Shown: piece after piece, positions 9,601 through 18,976 of the stretch
How positions within the stretch are numbered: the first letter of the stretch is position 1
How the letters are laid out: each line of letters begins with the position of its first letter
Origin: Trichomonas gallinae
Taxonomy: Eukaryota
Assembly: GCA_008369845.1 (NCBI GenBank)
Contig: MRSU01002597.1
Span: forward strand, 1 to 40,696
Reading direction: 5' to 3'
Length of the DNA: 40,696 nucleotides
The notes under the pieces: generated by a model
The model's input: the letters and a program-made list of their open reading frames with translations, nothing else
Told to the model about the DNA's origin: nothing
Database searches by the model: none
Position numbers and translations under genes: made by a program

Positions 9601-12600
9601 GCTCCATCTTCAAGATTCCAATGATGCAGCTCATCAAAGCGTCACTGACTTTAATCTGGTTGATGAACAACTTCAAGTCGCCAGTGATATATGGCACCTC
9701 GACATTATAATCCATAGGAGAGATCAAATATGGCCTGATGAATGACTCTACATATACTTCCTTGCAGAATTCGATGCTGTTGGTGATCTGGTAGAGCTTG
9801 ACGAAGTAGTATGCCCAGTAGTAGTTCGGATTGATTGCCTCGATGAACTTCTCCGGGTTCTGGTTGATGGCGTGGTGCAATGGAGTGGCAAGATCAGTAT
9901 CGAAAACGAGAGAAAGCAAAAAAGCCTGGAAGAAGAACCTCAAGTTCTCAGGAAGCTTGCCGTTTAATCCCTTGCACTGGTGAGCGACATAATCGAAGAG
10001 CTCGTGGATGTGCGAGGATGTGGCGAGGCAGCGGATGGCTGAGGCCAAAACCTTTGGTTTGTCTGTTGGAGGACTGAGGAAGAAATCGAAATTGTTCTCA
10101 ACTAAAACGTCAGTCAACAATTTCGGCTCTGGTGCTGAGAAGTCGAGCTTCGATGGTTTTCTGATGCTCCTCGAGTAATAGATGAGGTTCTGGATGATGA
10201 GTTTTTCGTATTGTTCGACTTCTTCTTTCTTGAATTTATCTCTGCCCTTGACACCCTTCAGCAAATCCGTTGGATCTAGGCATTGAACAGATCGAATTGC
10301 CTGCGAAGAGATCCTGTTGACAACATAAAATCTCATGCCAAGATATTCTGTGAATGCTTCAACGAGGACTGCTGACATGACTTGTCCGACAGAGTGCGCG
10401 ACAGTGACGAGCATTCTCCAGCCGAGGCCTGGGTTTGCTGCCAAGATTTCAAGAACTGAATCGTAAACTTTGTTGACGAGTTTTGGTGTCAAGCATGATT
10501 GCAAGCATTTGTCGAATGCCGTGATTAAGTAGAACAAGTTGTTCGTTCCATTGATCTGCAGCTCGTGATCTGGAAGCTTAGCAATTGCTTGTGTTCCATC
10601 GACTTTGAAGTTGTGGAGGATAATTGGGAATATCTCGATCAATGATTCAAGTTTGTTCTCATTGAAGTTCGCGCTCGTTCTGTCGGAGAACTTAATTAAA
10701 ACATCTGCAAGTGATGTGACAGTCAAGTACCACCTTAATTGATCCGGCTGGTGCTTGCCGAGATAAATGGCCTTGATGAACCTGATGATAGATGGCGTCA
10801 TCTGGTGCTTCGACTTAATGAATAAGTCCAACGAGTAAATAGATATGAACTGGACAATCGCCTTTTGAAGGAATTCATATGAACTTGCAGTGAGATTTGG
10901 ATCAGAGGCCCTTCCTGTGCACATCGTGATGAAGTTGATCCAGTAGGCTGCAGAAGCGAACCTGCTGTTGATGTATGCGTTGAAGCCGTGGTTCTTGACG
11001 GACTCGTTGAATTGGGCGTCAACTGAAGGATGCAAGTGTGAAAAGGCTCGGCCGAATCTCTTATCGAGAACTTTCGCGCGAGACATGAATTGGAATGCGG
11101 CATCGAAGAAACACTCAGCTGTAGGCCCACATATCTTCCCATCGCTTAATATGAGGTTGGTTGTGTCGACGTATCTCGCGATGAATTCGGTCATGACTGC
11201 GATTCTTTCCTGCGATGGAACGAAAATTGGGTTCTTCTCTGCGCCTTTGATGATTCCGCGAGTGAATGATGCGATGTAGCCGAACCATGCGCGGAGGACG
11301 ATTTTGATCGCTGGCATCTGTGGAATGTCTCCTCCTTTGGCTCCTGAGTAAGGATATCTGTTAATTGGAGCCATACCGAAGGCTCTGAAGATTCTGTCGA
11401 TTGTATCTTCTGATATATCGTATGCACGTGACTTTCCGCATGTTCCACGAAGCAAAGCAATCGTAATCGTCATATTATCACTCATATCTTGTGTAAATGA
11501 AGCACCTTCGTTCTTCTTGTCGCCATGTGCGCGGCTGCGCTTGATGAGAATTGTTTCTGCCCACCTTAAGAATGAAAGGAAGATGCCTGGAAGAATTTCC
11601 AAACTTTGTGCATTGTTGTTAACAGCATCTGTGACTGAAGAACGGATTTCCAATGTGAGATCTTGGATGATCTTCGAAGAAACTTGGATATTGACGCTCT
11701 GTGTCCAATATGGAGTGTGCGCCCAGATAATGAGTAGTAGTGGAATGAGGTTTGTAACGATGTTGTGTGAAGCACTGGCAATAGCTTTGAAGAGCGCGCA
11801 GAGAACCTTCGATGTCGTGTTGCTTTGCTGAATTGCAGTCAAAAATGCAGTTAATGCTGGCGTTGGGGACCATTCTGTCGCTGGGTCTCCACGAGCAATT
11901 GTAAGAGCAGAGACTAATGGATCTCCGTGAAGTCCTTGTGTTAAGTGTTTAGCAATATTGATTGCAGCAGAAGATGAACTATCGAGAAGCTCTTTATTGC
12001 AGTTTGTATTGCAAATATTTCCGAGAGCTTCGACTAATCTCTCAGCCATTGCTTGGTATTTGCTGTTATCGAATTTAAGGTTTTCTTTCGTTAATGGATA
12101 ACCATCAGTTGCAATGTAGAAGAATGTGGCCATTGCGCCCCATCCGTCGATTGTTGATGTAACTTCTTGAAGATATTTCATTGCTTGTCCTTCAACTTTA
12201 TTTGCGAAGTCTACAGCCGCATATCTTGGAACGAACTCGTTGAGAAGTCTGCTATCTGACGAGATAATCTTGTCTTTGCTGTTGAATATTGACTTTTCGA
12301 ATTTTTCTTGATGTTTGTGGAGAAAATCTTTAATATTTGTTATGTAATCGGCCTTGATATTCTCGAGATGGACAAGAGCAGCATAGAGCTCGAGGTATGC
12401 GAAGCATGCGCCGATGAAATTCTGGTTCTTCTTGAATTTCACATCTCCAAGTGCCTTAAGTATAGAGTGGTACTTGCTCTTCTTGTTCTGCATCATGTCC
12501 ATGAGGCATGTCTTGCAGAGTGGGAGAAGTGCGCAAAGAACTGGGAGCTCATCTACATCCGGAGCGTTATGCCAAGAAAGAATTGCATCAATGACCATTT

Positions 12601-13315
12601 GAGCTTGATTTACTGTCAACGAAAGCATTTCATGGTGCATGGACGGGTGCTCTACGTTGAAAGATCCGAGAAGGGAGTAAAATTCGATACAAAATTGATG
12701 TCTCGTTGATTCTGCAAGAGCTGTAACGGTAGTCATTATAGCGCCCAAGACACATCTGAAGGCGGATACGTTATGTGTTCCAACCTTAACAGAACGAAGC
12801 AAACCGATAATATCGGGTTTTTCGTCACCATAAAAAAGGCCGGGGATAGGGTTTGATCCCGCAACGACGGACAATATAATTACCTTGTCAATAGCTTCGT
12901 AAACTAATCCTTGGAAGTCTTTCAAAATAATTTTTGTTGAAAATCTTGCTTGAAGTAAATCAGTAAGCGCGATATTAATATTAGGAGAAGTTTTGTGAAC
13001 AGGGCAGAGCAAAATTAACTCACATAATATAAGAATGAACTTTACATCCGCTGATGTTGGTCCTTCTTGCTTAGTAAAGAGATTAATTTTATCTCTGAGC
13101 ATAAATAGCATTGCTGCATATGGAATGTTAGGTCCTAAGATAGTAAAACATCCGATATCAGCTGCGAAATTTGTAAATGAAGACTGCAGCCAGCAGAGTG
13201 GCTCGAAATTGTACGTGCTATCCATACCTGTCTCTGTTTCTATGATGTCTTTCTCAAGTTTGGCAAGGAGAGTGGCTGTCTCCTTCATGAGAAAGTTATC
13301 ATTTGATTCACTCAT
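6650..13315 (-). CDS. neurofibromin/Ira-like large protein (helical scaffold, degenerate RasGAP, Sec14-PH module)
   Basis: 2221-aa ORF; IEFAGYTNENTPVF, LPSNFADKITYVHL, LPVWALAPEE, HEIYISEIKDI, GECAALGLHL and LVWPAL occur in the same order as NF1 Sec14-PH and C-terminal motifs. Confidence 0.75.
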   Translation of the reverse strand: MSESNDNFLMKETATLLAKLEKDIIETETGMDSTYNFEPLCWLQSSFTNFAADIGCFTILGPNIPYAAMLFMLRDKINLFTKQEGPTSADVKFILILCELILLCPVHKTSPNINIALTDLLQARFSTKIILKDFQGLVYEAIDKVIILSVVAGSNPIPGLFYGDEKPDIIGLLRSVKVGTHNVSAFRCVLGAIMTTVTALAESTRHQFCIEFYSLLGSFNVEHPSMHHEMLSLTVNQAQMVIDAILSWHNAPDVDELPVLCALLPLCKTCLMDMMQNKKSKYHSILKALGDVKFKKNQNFIGACFAYLELYAALVHLENIKADYITNIKDFLHKHQEKFEKSIFNSKDKIISSDSRLLNEFVPRYAAVDFANKVEGQAMKYLQEVTSTIDGWGAMATFFYIATDGYPLTKENLKFDNSKYQAMAERLVEALGNICNTNCNKELLDSSSSAAINIAKHLTQGLHGDPLVSALTIARGDPATEWSPTPALTAFLTAIQQSNTTSKVLCALFKAIASASHNIVTNLIPLLLIIWAHTPYWTQSVNIQVSSKIIQDLTLEIRSSVTDAVNNNAQSLEILPGIFLSFLRWAETILIKRSRAHGDKKNEGASFTQDMSDNMTITIALLRGTCGKSRAYDISEDTIDRIFRAFGMAPINRYPYSGAKGGDIPQMPAIKIVLRAWFGYIASFTRGIIKGAEKNPIFVPSQERIAVMTEFIARYVDTTNLILSDGKICGPTAECFFDAAFQFMSRAKVLDKRFGRAFSHLHPSVDAQFNESVKNHGFNAYINSRFASAAYWINFITMCTGRASDPNLTASSYEFLQKAIVQFISIYSLDLFIKSKHQMTPSIIRFIKAIYLGKHQPDQLRWYLTVTSLADVLIKFSDRTSANFNENKLESLIEIFPIILHNFKVDGTQAIAKLPDHELQINGTNNLFYLITAFDKCLQSCLTPKLVNKVYDSVLEILAANPGLGWRMLVTVAHSVGQVMSAVLVEAFTEYLGMRFYVVNRISSQAIRSVQCLDPTDLLKGVKGRDKFKKEEVEQYEKLIIQNLIYYSRSIRKPSKLDFSAPEPKLLTDVLVENNFDFFLSPPTDKPKVLASAIRCLATSSHIHELFDYVAHQCKGLNGKLPENLRFFFQAFLLSLVFDTDLATPLHHAINQNPEKFIEAINPNYYWAYYFVKLYQITNSIEFCKEVYVESFIRPYLISPMDYNVEVPYITGDLKLFINQIKVSDALMSCIIGILKMEPIIAHVDIPTFDYDREVVLSVLGRAKSTIHIPQTLQTAENISAHDLLNLQKHRWIEFAGYTNENTPVFLLRLSKIHRCSAATVAEHLIICTRAFEKIELVVFADRIPEYIQSIFKDFLDKLPSNFADKITYVHLTRVSTLYYNVISKIEFSKLGDKFKLCEDVSELYKDHPHITLPVWALAPEETARAYGIVTLPSGNFAKLIITDSELIIKSQKAPTSPKLLNENISTYHEIYISEIKDIIQEEGGITIQYKAEERFNILRLKTISPDLYINAFKSIMSWKNFKPPVTLTEIELNCSKSLRGECAALGLHLISLKNNAMVTSAIHLFETAIKNTKFSPDAYFPIGPVATYQAFFHELINSNLLEDVVPRLSDYMVENPESCVPLLELLVIFLNREKNQVILSRVIINVIKCMRNYTIKDTDESSVSRSKGKRASVSSAEKEMDTDSNVQNLRYMINRFLWTKITAREAIEIAVAELLRNKVPKIVVGYVFKQFVDRDPEYMGHLLIEKILDGTVRRNPYGNPIKHSRIFGALKHLPFSCPKFVEGHIAALVFSSVFGSVHVEKDTSDIITFLRSTVMVIEKEYPEKNGSIITRFQVMEKLLERHREMIVSQLISAGSDLCNAFSPHEKARYEAFINSQEPGENPNMWYIKAAAMVQNGNRDTHFVNKFVDLLPSLFQLKPGHLRLELCFDTLSSIIPNMDSSSLVPLILVWPALYSTCVLNIQLRNSALKLLNVCIQFAYDHGDFKNIGGIETTTYISAQLTKTLDEFRASFGSDPENPFIYVLSQALSRGFESQETQEAAIAIAKTCINALKDRPFLATHFVMPLIAYTDLDILPICSCFTEQKTPADIIFENFEQRRELDQVYIAAYMSNCITDGACKNYTHRIAEILTYGAQKFPPFFKPFKTNVVSRCWKMIDSNVILIEELDLFATISAMFMSIPDSGVDYTETAKKFKFEKIGDQKLSKIISRSLNGIIKAIKLVG

Positions 13316-14085
13316 TCGAAATTTTGATATTAACCTTATTAATTTTTATTGTAAAAATCAAATCTATTGTGGTTGTAATATAATGATTATATTGACAAAA
13401 AAAGTGAAAACGTTGTAAATTTTTGGAAAATTCGCTTTTTTCGGTTTTTGGTCATATTTAGCATCTTTACAATGTATGTATATTATATTTATAAGAAAAA
13501 TCGATATTGAATTTGATAGTTATGTTATAACTTTTCTCTTTGATTTTTGATATGAGGAAAATGTGTATAATTTATTTTTGTTATCCAAAGAAATTTTGTC
13601 TTAAGTGTCAAAAATCTTGACTTGATAAAAATAGAATTAAATTTTATAATATATTTGTCATTTACACGGCTTTTTTTATTCAGCAGATTAATCAAAACAA
13701 AATATCTTGGAGAAACATAAACGTAAGAACAACTTTTAATAATGAAATAATATTGATGAAATAGAAATGTATTTATAACCTTAATACTGAGAGATAATTT
13801 GCAATAATTCAAATTTCGGATATCGTATAAAACATTATAAAAGGATGTCAATTAAATGGTAACTCAGGAAAAATCATAGTCATTCAGGATACTCGTTAAA
13901 AGCTGATAAATTCATAATGGTCAATTGGAAAAATTCGATTTTCCGAAATTATTCAAAATTTTCATATATCATGATATATTACAAATAATGGAATTGATTC
14001 CATTAATTAAATTTTCGTTTTAAGCTAAATATTAGACAAATAATGTATAAGATAGAAAATATTAGGAGGAAAAATATTTTGTTAA

Positions 14086-14093
14086 AAAGTGAC
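14086..14093 (+). promoter_or_regulatory. AAAGTGAC core-promoter motif (trichomonad M2-like)
   Basis: exact AAAGTGAC ending 8 nt before ATG 14101; the same octamer is at 30367, 37929 and (reverse) 33885, all intergenic. Confidence 0.5.
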
Positions 14094-14100
14094 ATTTAGA

Positions 14101-15231
14101 ATGCAGGAAAGTCATCGTCCGAGTAAGCGGCCAAGCTCGGGGAAGACAGTTTCTTACTTTCTAGAAATACCTGATAAAGAGCAAGGCGAGAATTTTGGCC
14201 GTATCCAGGAGCAAAATTTCGCTAAATTGCGAAATATTTATGAACATATTCTAACTCCTGCAGAGAAAAAACCAATTAACGAATATAAAAATGAGCTTCA
14301 GGCTACTATAGACATATTACAATCAATGAAAGCTTTATTAGTCGAAGGATATACTCGTTTTGAAGAAAATACAACAAAACTCGTTCCAACCGTGCCAGTT
14401 CGTCAAAAGGCTGCACCAAAGAGGGAAATTATCAGATCAATGTCCCAAAAAATCAGCTACAATCCAAATACGAATCAAAAACCACAGAAAAAACACAAGC
14501 GAGCGTCGATTACTACAGAGACTGGCTCTAAGCAGCTGAATTGCAACACAATTTGGAACCAAGTGAACCGATTTTTCGGCACTGTTCCTACAGTAACAAA
14601 TCTTGCGAAGTATCTATATCAGATAGACGTGACTCCTTCTCGCGGACAGATCGGGCAACACTACTCGATCGCATACAACGAGAAGTTAAAGCAAAAATAC
14701 AAGAATGATTCGGTCCAAATTCGAATTCCTGGCACAATTTCATCGACAACGACATCAAATGTTTCTTCGCCAGACGTTGTTTTTCAGAGATTACTTTGCT
14801 CGTTCGTTCATTTATCAAAAGAAAGATCAATAGAAAGAAATAATAAAATTACAGATACTCCAAAGATTGATCACAATGTTGATGAGTTACATCCGAATGC
14901 ATACGGTACTTCAATATACACAAGTATTCCATTCGAACAAAAACTCATTCTAGAAGTTCAATCATTAGGATTGCATCCAGGAAAGAGTGCAATCAATACA
15001 GTTGATAATCAGATCGCACGAGAAATGGATATGGCTCACGAAGAATACATAAATAGCCTCAAGAAGACAAACCAAATGAGAGCCGTGATTATGGATAAAT
15101 TAAAGAAGATGGAACCGATTTTGACTGCGAAGGCCTTCAAACTGAGGCGAGCAATGCCACAACCTGAACGTCCCGAGACTCCAAAGAAGATTCCTCGGCC
15201 AAAATCTCGTGATAAATCTGTCGATGATTAA
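14101..15231 (+). CDS. Ada3/Ngg1-like histone acetyltransferase complex subunit (putative)
   Basis: 376 aa from ATG 14101; IWNQVNRFF, FQRLLCSFV, FEQKLILEVQSLGL and DNQIAREM match the order of Ada3 conserved blocks. Confidence 0.6.
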   Translation: MQESHRPSKRPSSGKTVSYFLEIPDKEQGENFGRIQEQNFAKLRNIYEHILTPAEKKPINEYKNELQATIDILQSMKALLVEGYTRFEENTTKLVPTVPVRQKAAPKREIIRSMSQKISYNPNTNQKPQKKHKRASITTETGSKQLNCNTIWNQVNRFFGTVPTVTNLAKYLYQIDVTPSRGQIGQHYSIAYNEKLKQKYKNDSVQIRIPGTISSTTTSNVSSPDVVFQRLLCSFVHLSKERSIERNNKITDTPKIDHNVDELHPNAYGTSIYTSIPFEQKLILEVQSLGLHPGKSAINTVDNQIAREMDMAHEEYINSLKKTNQMRAVIMDKLKKMEPILTAKAFKLRRAMPQPERPETPKKIPRPKSRDKSVDD

Positions 15232-15338
15232 AAAATTGTTATTTATTTGTTGATAATTTAGTAGATATTTCAAGAGAACATATATAGTAGTCTTAAGATT
15301 AATGTTTTCGTTAATTTCAATTTTTTAATTTAAATTTT

Positions 15339-15932
15339 TTAGTTGTGAGAACATTTAAGCATGGCCATCTTGAGATTTGCCTGTTCAACAGTCTGGCTGT
15401 CATCTGTTAATGGCCTATTTCCTTGCTTAACGACGAAATTGATTTCTTTATCTTGCAATGTTGGGCGGTTGTATGTTAAGAATTTCTTAAGATCAGCGAT
15501 GGTATGTGACATAGAAAGTGTAATTGTGATTGGCGGGAGTGTTGGGTCTTCGAATTCAATTCTAACTTTTGTCTTCGGCTGTCCTTGGATAGAATAGTCA
15601 GTATTTGGCACGACAAGTTGTGCTGGTGGTTGTTGGCGAATAACTGTTGGAGCAACTGGCTGATTTTGCTGTTGTGGTGGCTGAGGTCCATCTAATGGTG
15701 TGTATTTTTGAATATTTTCTGGTGCAGCGATGACTGCGAGGCCTCCACTGGTATCACTTCCACCTGCATACCATTCAACGGTTTTTCCTTTTGGTGGCGG
15801 TGGGCGGCCTCCGTAATATGATCTTAAGGCTTTCTCAATGTCGTAGTTATTAGATTGGAGGTATTTCGCAGCCATCTGACGTGTGCAATTGTCAGCTAGT
15901 GACATAAACTCTTGAATTTGTTCTTCACTCAT
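15339..15932 (-). CDS. UBX-domain p97 cofactor, p47/Shp1-like
   Basis: N-terminal UBA-like (IQEFMSLA..AAKYLQSNNYDIEKAL..YY), p47 motif WYAGGS..SG, C-terminal UBX-like (TKVRIEF...HTIADLKKFL...LTDDSQTVEQANL). Confidence 0.8.
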   Translation of the reverse strand: MSEEQIQEFMSLADNCTRQMAAKYLQSNNYDIEKALRSYYGGRPPPPKGKTVEWYAGGSDTSGGLAVIAAPENIQKYTPLDGPQPPQQQNQPVAPTVIRQQPPAQLVVPNTDYSIQGQPKTKVRIEFEDPTLPPITITLSMSHTIADLKKFLTYNRPTLQDKEINFVVKQGNRPLTDDSQTVEQANLKMAMLKCSHN

Positions 15933-16324
15933 TTTGATGTCAACTTTTTAAAAATTGACAGTATTCAACAAATTTCTTTAGACATTTAGCTTTTTTACAA
16001 TATATTGAGCCGTTCTGCCCGACAATCTTTACGAAATTTTAACTGAACAAATAATTTTGCAATTATTTTTTTGATATTTTTATAAAATTTTATTTATCTC
16101 TTTATTTACTAAATTTTGAATATAAAAAAATTTTCAAAACAATTTCATAATTGTTCTAGATTTTAAATCAGCAAAAATCATTTTTAATATATTCAAAAAT
16201 TGTTGTGTAAAGTGATATACATGACAAAAAATGAAAAATTAGTATAGAAATATGTCATATAAAATTATTTACATGCCAAAAATAAGAGTCATTTGATTTG
16301 TCTATAAAAATTATATAAAAAACT

Positions 16325-17782
16325 TTATTCTGCGGCTGCTTCTGCTGGAGCCTCTTCACTTGTGTGCTTTCTATGCTTGCGGTGCTTCTTCTTTGGAGCC
16401 TGTTCCTCACTAATCTGGAAATCAGCCTGCTCCTTATAAGCTGGGGCCTGCTCCTTAACTTCATTGAGAGCATCACCCTGCTCTGCTCTAGTGACAGCTG
16501 TTGCTGATTCCTGCTCTTTAACTTTAGCGCGGGAAATAGCAAACTTAACGTTCTGTCCCTGTCTCTGGTGGATCCTGTTCTCTAAGTATTCTCTATCCTG
16601 TGTACCAATAGTAAGTGTTGGCTCGTCTGTGTAGTTATCGACTCTCGATGAAAGTGAGATCTTAGCAGCGAGAGCACGAGCGATTTGTCCCTTAAGTTTA
16701 GGATATTTCGCGGCTTCTGCGGATGTGACGAGTTTGGCGTGGTAAATGTAGCCGTACTTCGGTGTCTCCTTGCCCTCCTTCAGGGCCTTGAAGAGAGCCT
16801 TCTCAGCACCGTAAACTTGGACTGTTGATGATGCAAGTTTAGCGAGCTGCTGGAGTGAGCCTGCGTGTGCGATAAGGCGTGATCCAATCTTATCGCCAAC
16901 GAGTTCTGTAAGGTTTGGTGCGATTGCTAACATTCTTGTTCTGATATATTCTTCGATTTCATTTCTGAACTTTGTAAGTTCGATAACTTGGTCGCAAAGG
17001 GCCTGGATGCAGGCAAGATCAGCATCAGAGAGCTCTGTACCGATGGATCTCTGTGCAATTTTGAGTGTTTCGTCAACTTGATCAGCATTGAGAAGCTTAT
17101 CAAGCTCTTCTCTGCGGGCCTCGAACTGGTCACGGCGGCCAACAAAACGAACGATTTTAGCGTAAATATCATTATCTGTTGTGATGTTCTTGAGTTCTGG
17201 GAAGTGCCAGCCATACCACTCGCGAACACGCATACCGTAGTTGTTGAGTTCCTTGTCAAGTTCCTCCTGAAGCTGAACTGAGTGGACAATCATTGAATCA
17301 ACTTTTGATGGAGAGAATTTCAAGATCTTGGAGCTGAGTTCGTGAGAAACACCGAGTTCAAGAGAGCGGCAGGCGTCCTCAGAAATAGCTGGAAGTAAGT
17401 TTTCAATCTGTGATCTGATAAGGCGGAAGATTTCTGGAACATTTTGGCCAGATGAAGCAACACATTCGATACCAAGGACATCCTTGATAGCGTGTGCTAA
17501 GTTTGCATCGCTTACTTGAAGCTGCTCTTTGATTCCTTTGCTAACGATGTTTGTTTTGAGGAAATCATTGAGTGTTTGGTGGACTTCAGAGTTCTGAAGA
17601 GATTGCATTGCTTCAACTGATTCGCTTGTCTTCGAAAATGTTGAATGTGCTTGAAGAGAGATGATTTTTGAGGCTTGTTTCGCATTAGAATATGCACTGC
17701 AAAGGTCTTCCTTTGAGAGAGCGCCCTCGTTGTCCACGCGCCACAGAGAATAGCCGGCAGCTGTTTCGAAGAGGACTAACAT
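16325..17782 (-). CDS. NOP58: box C/D snoRNP protein Nop58 (Nop5)
   Basis: starts MLVLFETAAGY at ATG 17782 (485 aa); LDKELNNYGMRVREWYGWHFPEL, IAPNLTELVG, GAEKALF, TPKYG motifs; basic C-tail. Confidence 0.93.
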   Translation of the reverse strand: MLVLFETAAGYSLWRVDNEGALSKEDLCSAYSNAKQASKIISLQAHSTFSKTSESVEAMQSLQNSEVHQTLNDFLKTNIVSKGIKEQLQVSDANLAHAIKDVLGIECVASSGQNVPEIFRLIRSQIENLLPAISEDACRSLELGVSHELSSKILKFSPSKVDSMIVHSVQLQEELDKELNNYGMRVREWYGWHFPELKNITTDNDIYAKIVRFVGRRDQFEARREELDKLLNADQVDETLKIAQRSIGTELSDADLACIQALCDQVIELTKFRNEIEEYIRTRMLAIAPNLTELVGDKIGSRLIAHAGSLQQLAKLASSTVQVYGAEKALFKALKEGKETPKYGYIYHAKLVTSAEAAKYPKLKGQIARALAAKISLSSRVDNYTDEPTLTIGTQDREYLENRIHQRQGQNVKFAISRAKVKEQESATAVTRAEQGDALNEVKEQAPAYKEQADFQISEEQAPKKKHRKHRKHTSEEAPAEAAAE

Positions 17783-18299
17783 GGTAATAAAATTGAACTG
17801 GTCTGGCCGATTTTTTGTTTTTTGGGACAAAATTTCTTTTTTATTTAATATTTGGCACCTACTCATTACAACATATCAAAATCATCAATTCTAAAGGAAT
17901 TTATTGATGATGGCCTAAAATTTTTGTCATGTAAACTTTTTTTTCTAAACAATGTCAAATAAATATTTTTTGCCATGTAAAATCACTTATATTTCAAAAA
18001 TTGCAATCTGTTGATATGATTTCTCTCATGATAACATTTCCATTAAGCGAATATTATTCTATATGACGCTATTTATTGAATAAAATGTGAACCATATAAT
18101 CAAATGATTTCTCTTTATCTAATGTTTCTTATTATTATCGGTGATATCCAAATTAGTATAATAGCATATTTACATGATATAGTGAGGATTCGTGCATTAG
18201 AACTCCCAATGAGTTCCGACGAAGTCATCATGATATCAAAAAAAAAGTATTTTTTTATTCAAAATCAATTCATATCCGCTGTTTTTCCATTTGATTTGG

Positions 18300-18389
18300 T
18301 TATACAAAAACATACTGCCTTGCCTCCAAGTACTTGATGATTTCGGTTGCTGAATATTCTTTAGCGACCTGTAGCATAGATCTCTTAAT
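18300..18389 (-). other. isolated terminal ankyrin-repeat coding module (continuation of upstream ankyrin gene)
   Basis: reads IKRSMLQVAKEYSATEIIKYLEARQYVFV-stop. Confidence 0.6.
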
Positions 18390-18600
18390 AAAAAATGAAT
18401 TTCATTGTTTTATGATGAATTTTATATAATTTTGACGATTTATCTCTCACAATAAAGAATAAAATGAAACAATAATGAACACCTTACAATAATAAAGAAT
18501 ATCATTAGTTAATGGTGAATAAAATACGATAATGATGAAATCCAATTGAATTTGATGAATTACTTCATTAGAAAAATACAAATTTCAAAAAATAATGAAG

Positions 18601-18696
18601 AATTGCAATTTTCATGTCTATATCACCTCCATTTTCAACAAGATATTCAACAATCTTGAACTCTCTCTTTTCTATTGCAATGGACAGCGGCGTCTT
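18601..18696 (-). other. isolated ankyrin-repeat coding module
   Basis: reads KTPLSIAIEKREFKIVEYLVENGGDIDMKIAI; immediately preceded by in-frame TAA. Confidence 0.85.
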
Positions 18697-18802
18697 TTAT
18701 TTGTATGATAAACATCATGTGATAATAATGAATATAATATAATCATTATGATAAATTCTTTCATCATAAAAATTATTAGAGAAGGAAAAACATCAATATA
18801 CA

Positions 18803-18907
18803 ATGATGAGCTAATATCTGGTTAATTTTCGCACCATGCTCAACAAGATACTGAACCATTTCAAGTGATCTCATTTCAATAGCTATGCTAAGAGGCGATT
18901 TATATCT
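18803..18907 (-). other. isolated ankyrin-repeat coding module
   Basis: reads RYKSPLSIAIEMRSLEMVQYLVEHGAKINQILAHH; same frame as upstream ORF but behind the TGA at 18977-18979. Confidence 0.85.
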
Positions 18908-18976
18908 ATAAAATGAAGATGAATTGTTTTTGATTTTGATGAATATCTTCTCATAATAATGAATGTTATAGTAATA

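Noticed and set aside
6756..13418. Many overlapping and antisense short ORFs inside the 2221-aa gene (likewise in the 1600-aa, LRR, Nop58 and GP63 genes)
   Set aside because: Shadow ORFs expected from codon bias; no recognisable motifs
13525..13851. 108-aa AT-rich ORF (and similar ORFs at 3023, 5549, 18104, 25131, 30591, 31978, 34846)
   Set aside because: F/I/K/N/Y-rich composition typical of chance ORFs in AT-rich intergenic DNA, often with non-ATG starts
17783..17866. 28-aa N-terminal extension of Nop58 in the ORF track
   Set aside because: The family's conserved start is MLVLFET at 17782; the extension is AT-rich promoter sequence
18335..18353. TGATGA...CTGA box C/D-like pair near Nop58
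   Set aside because: Only 9 nt between the boxes, too short for a snoRNA; it is the antisense of an ankyrin module
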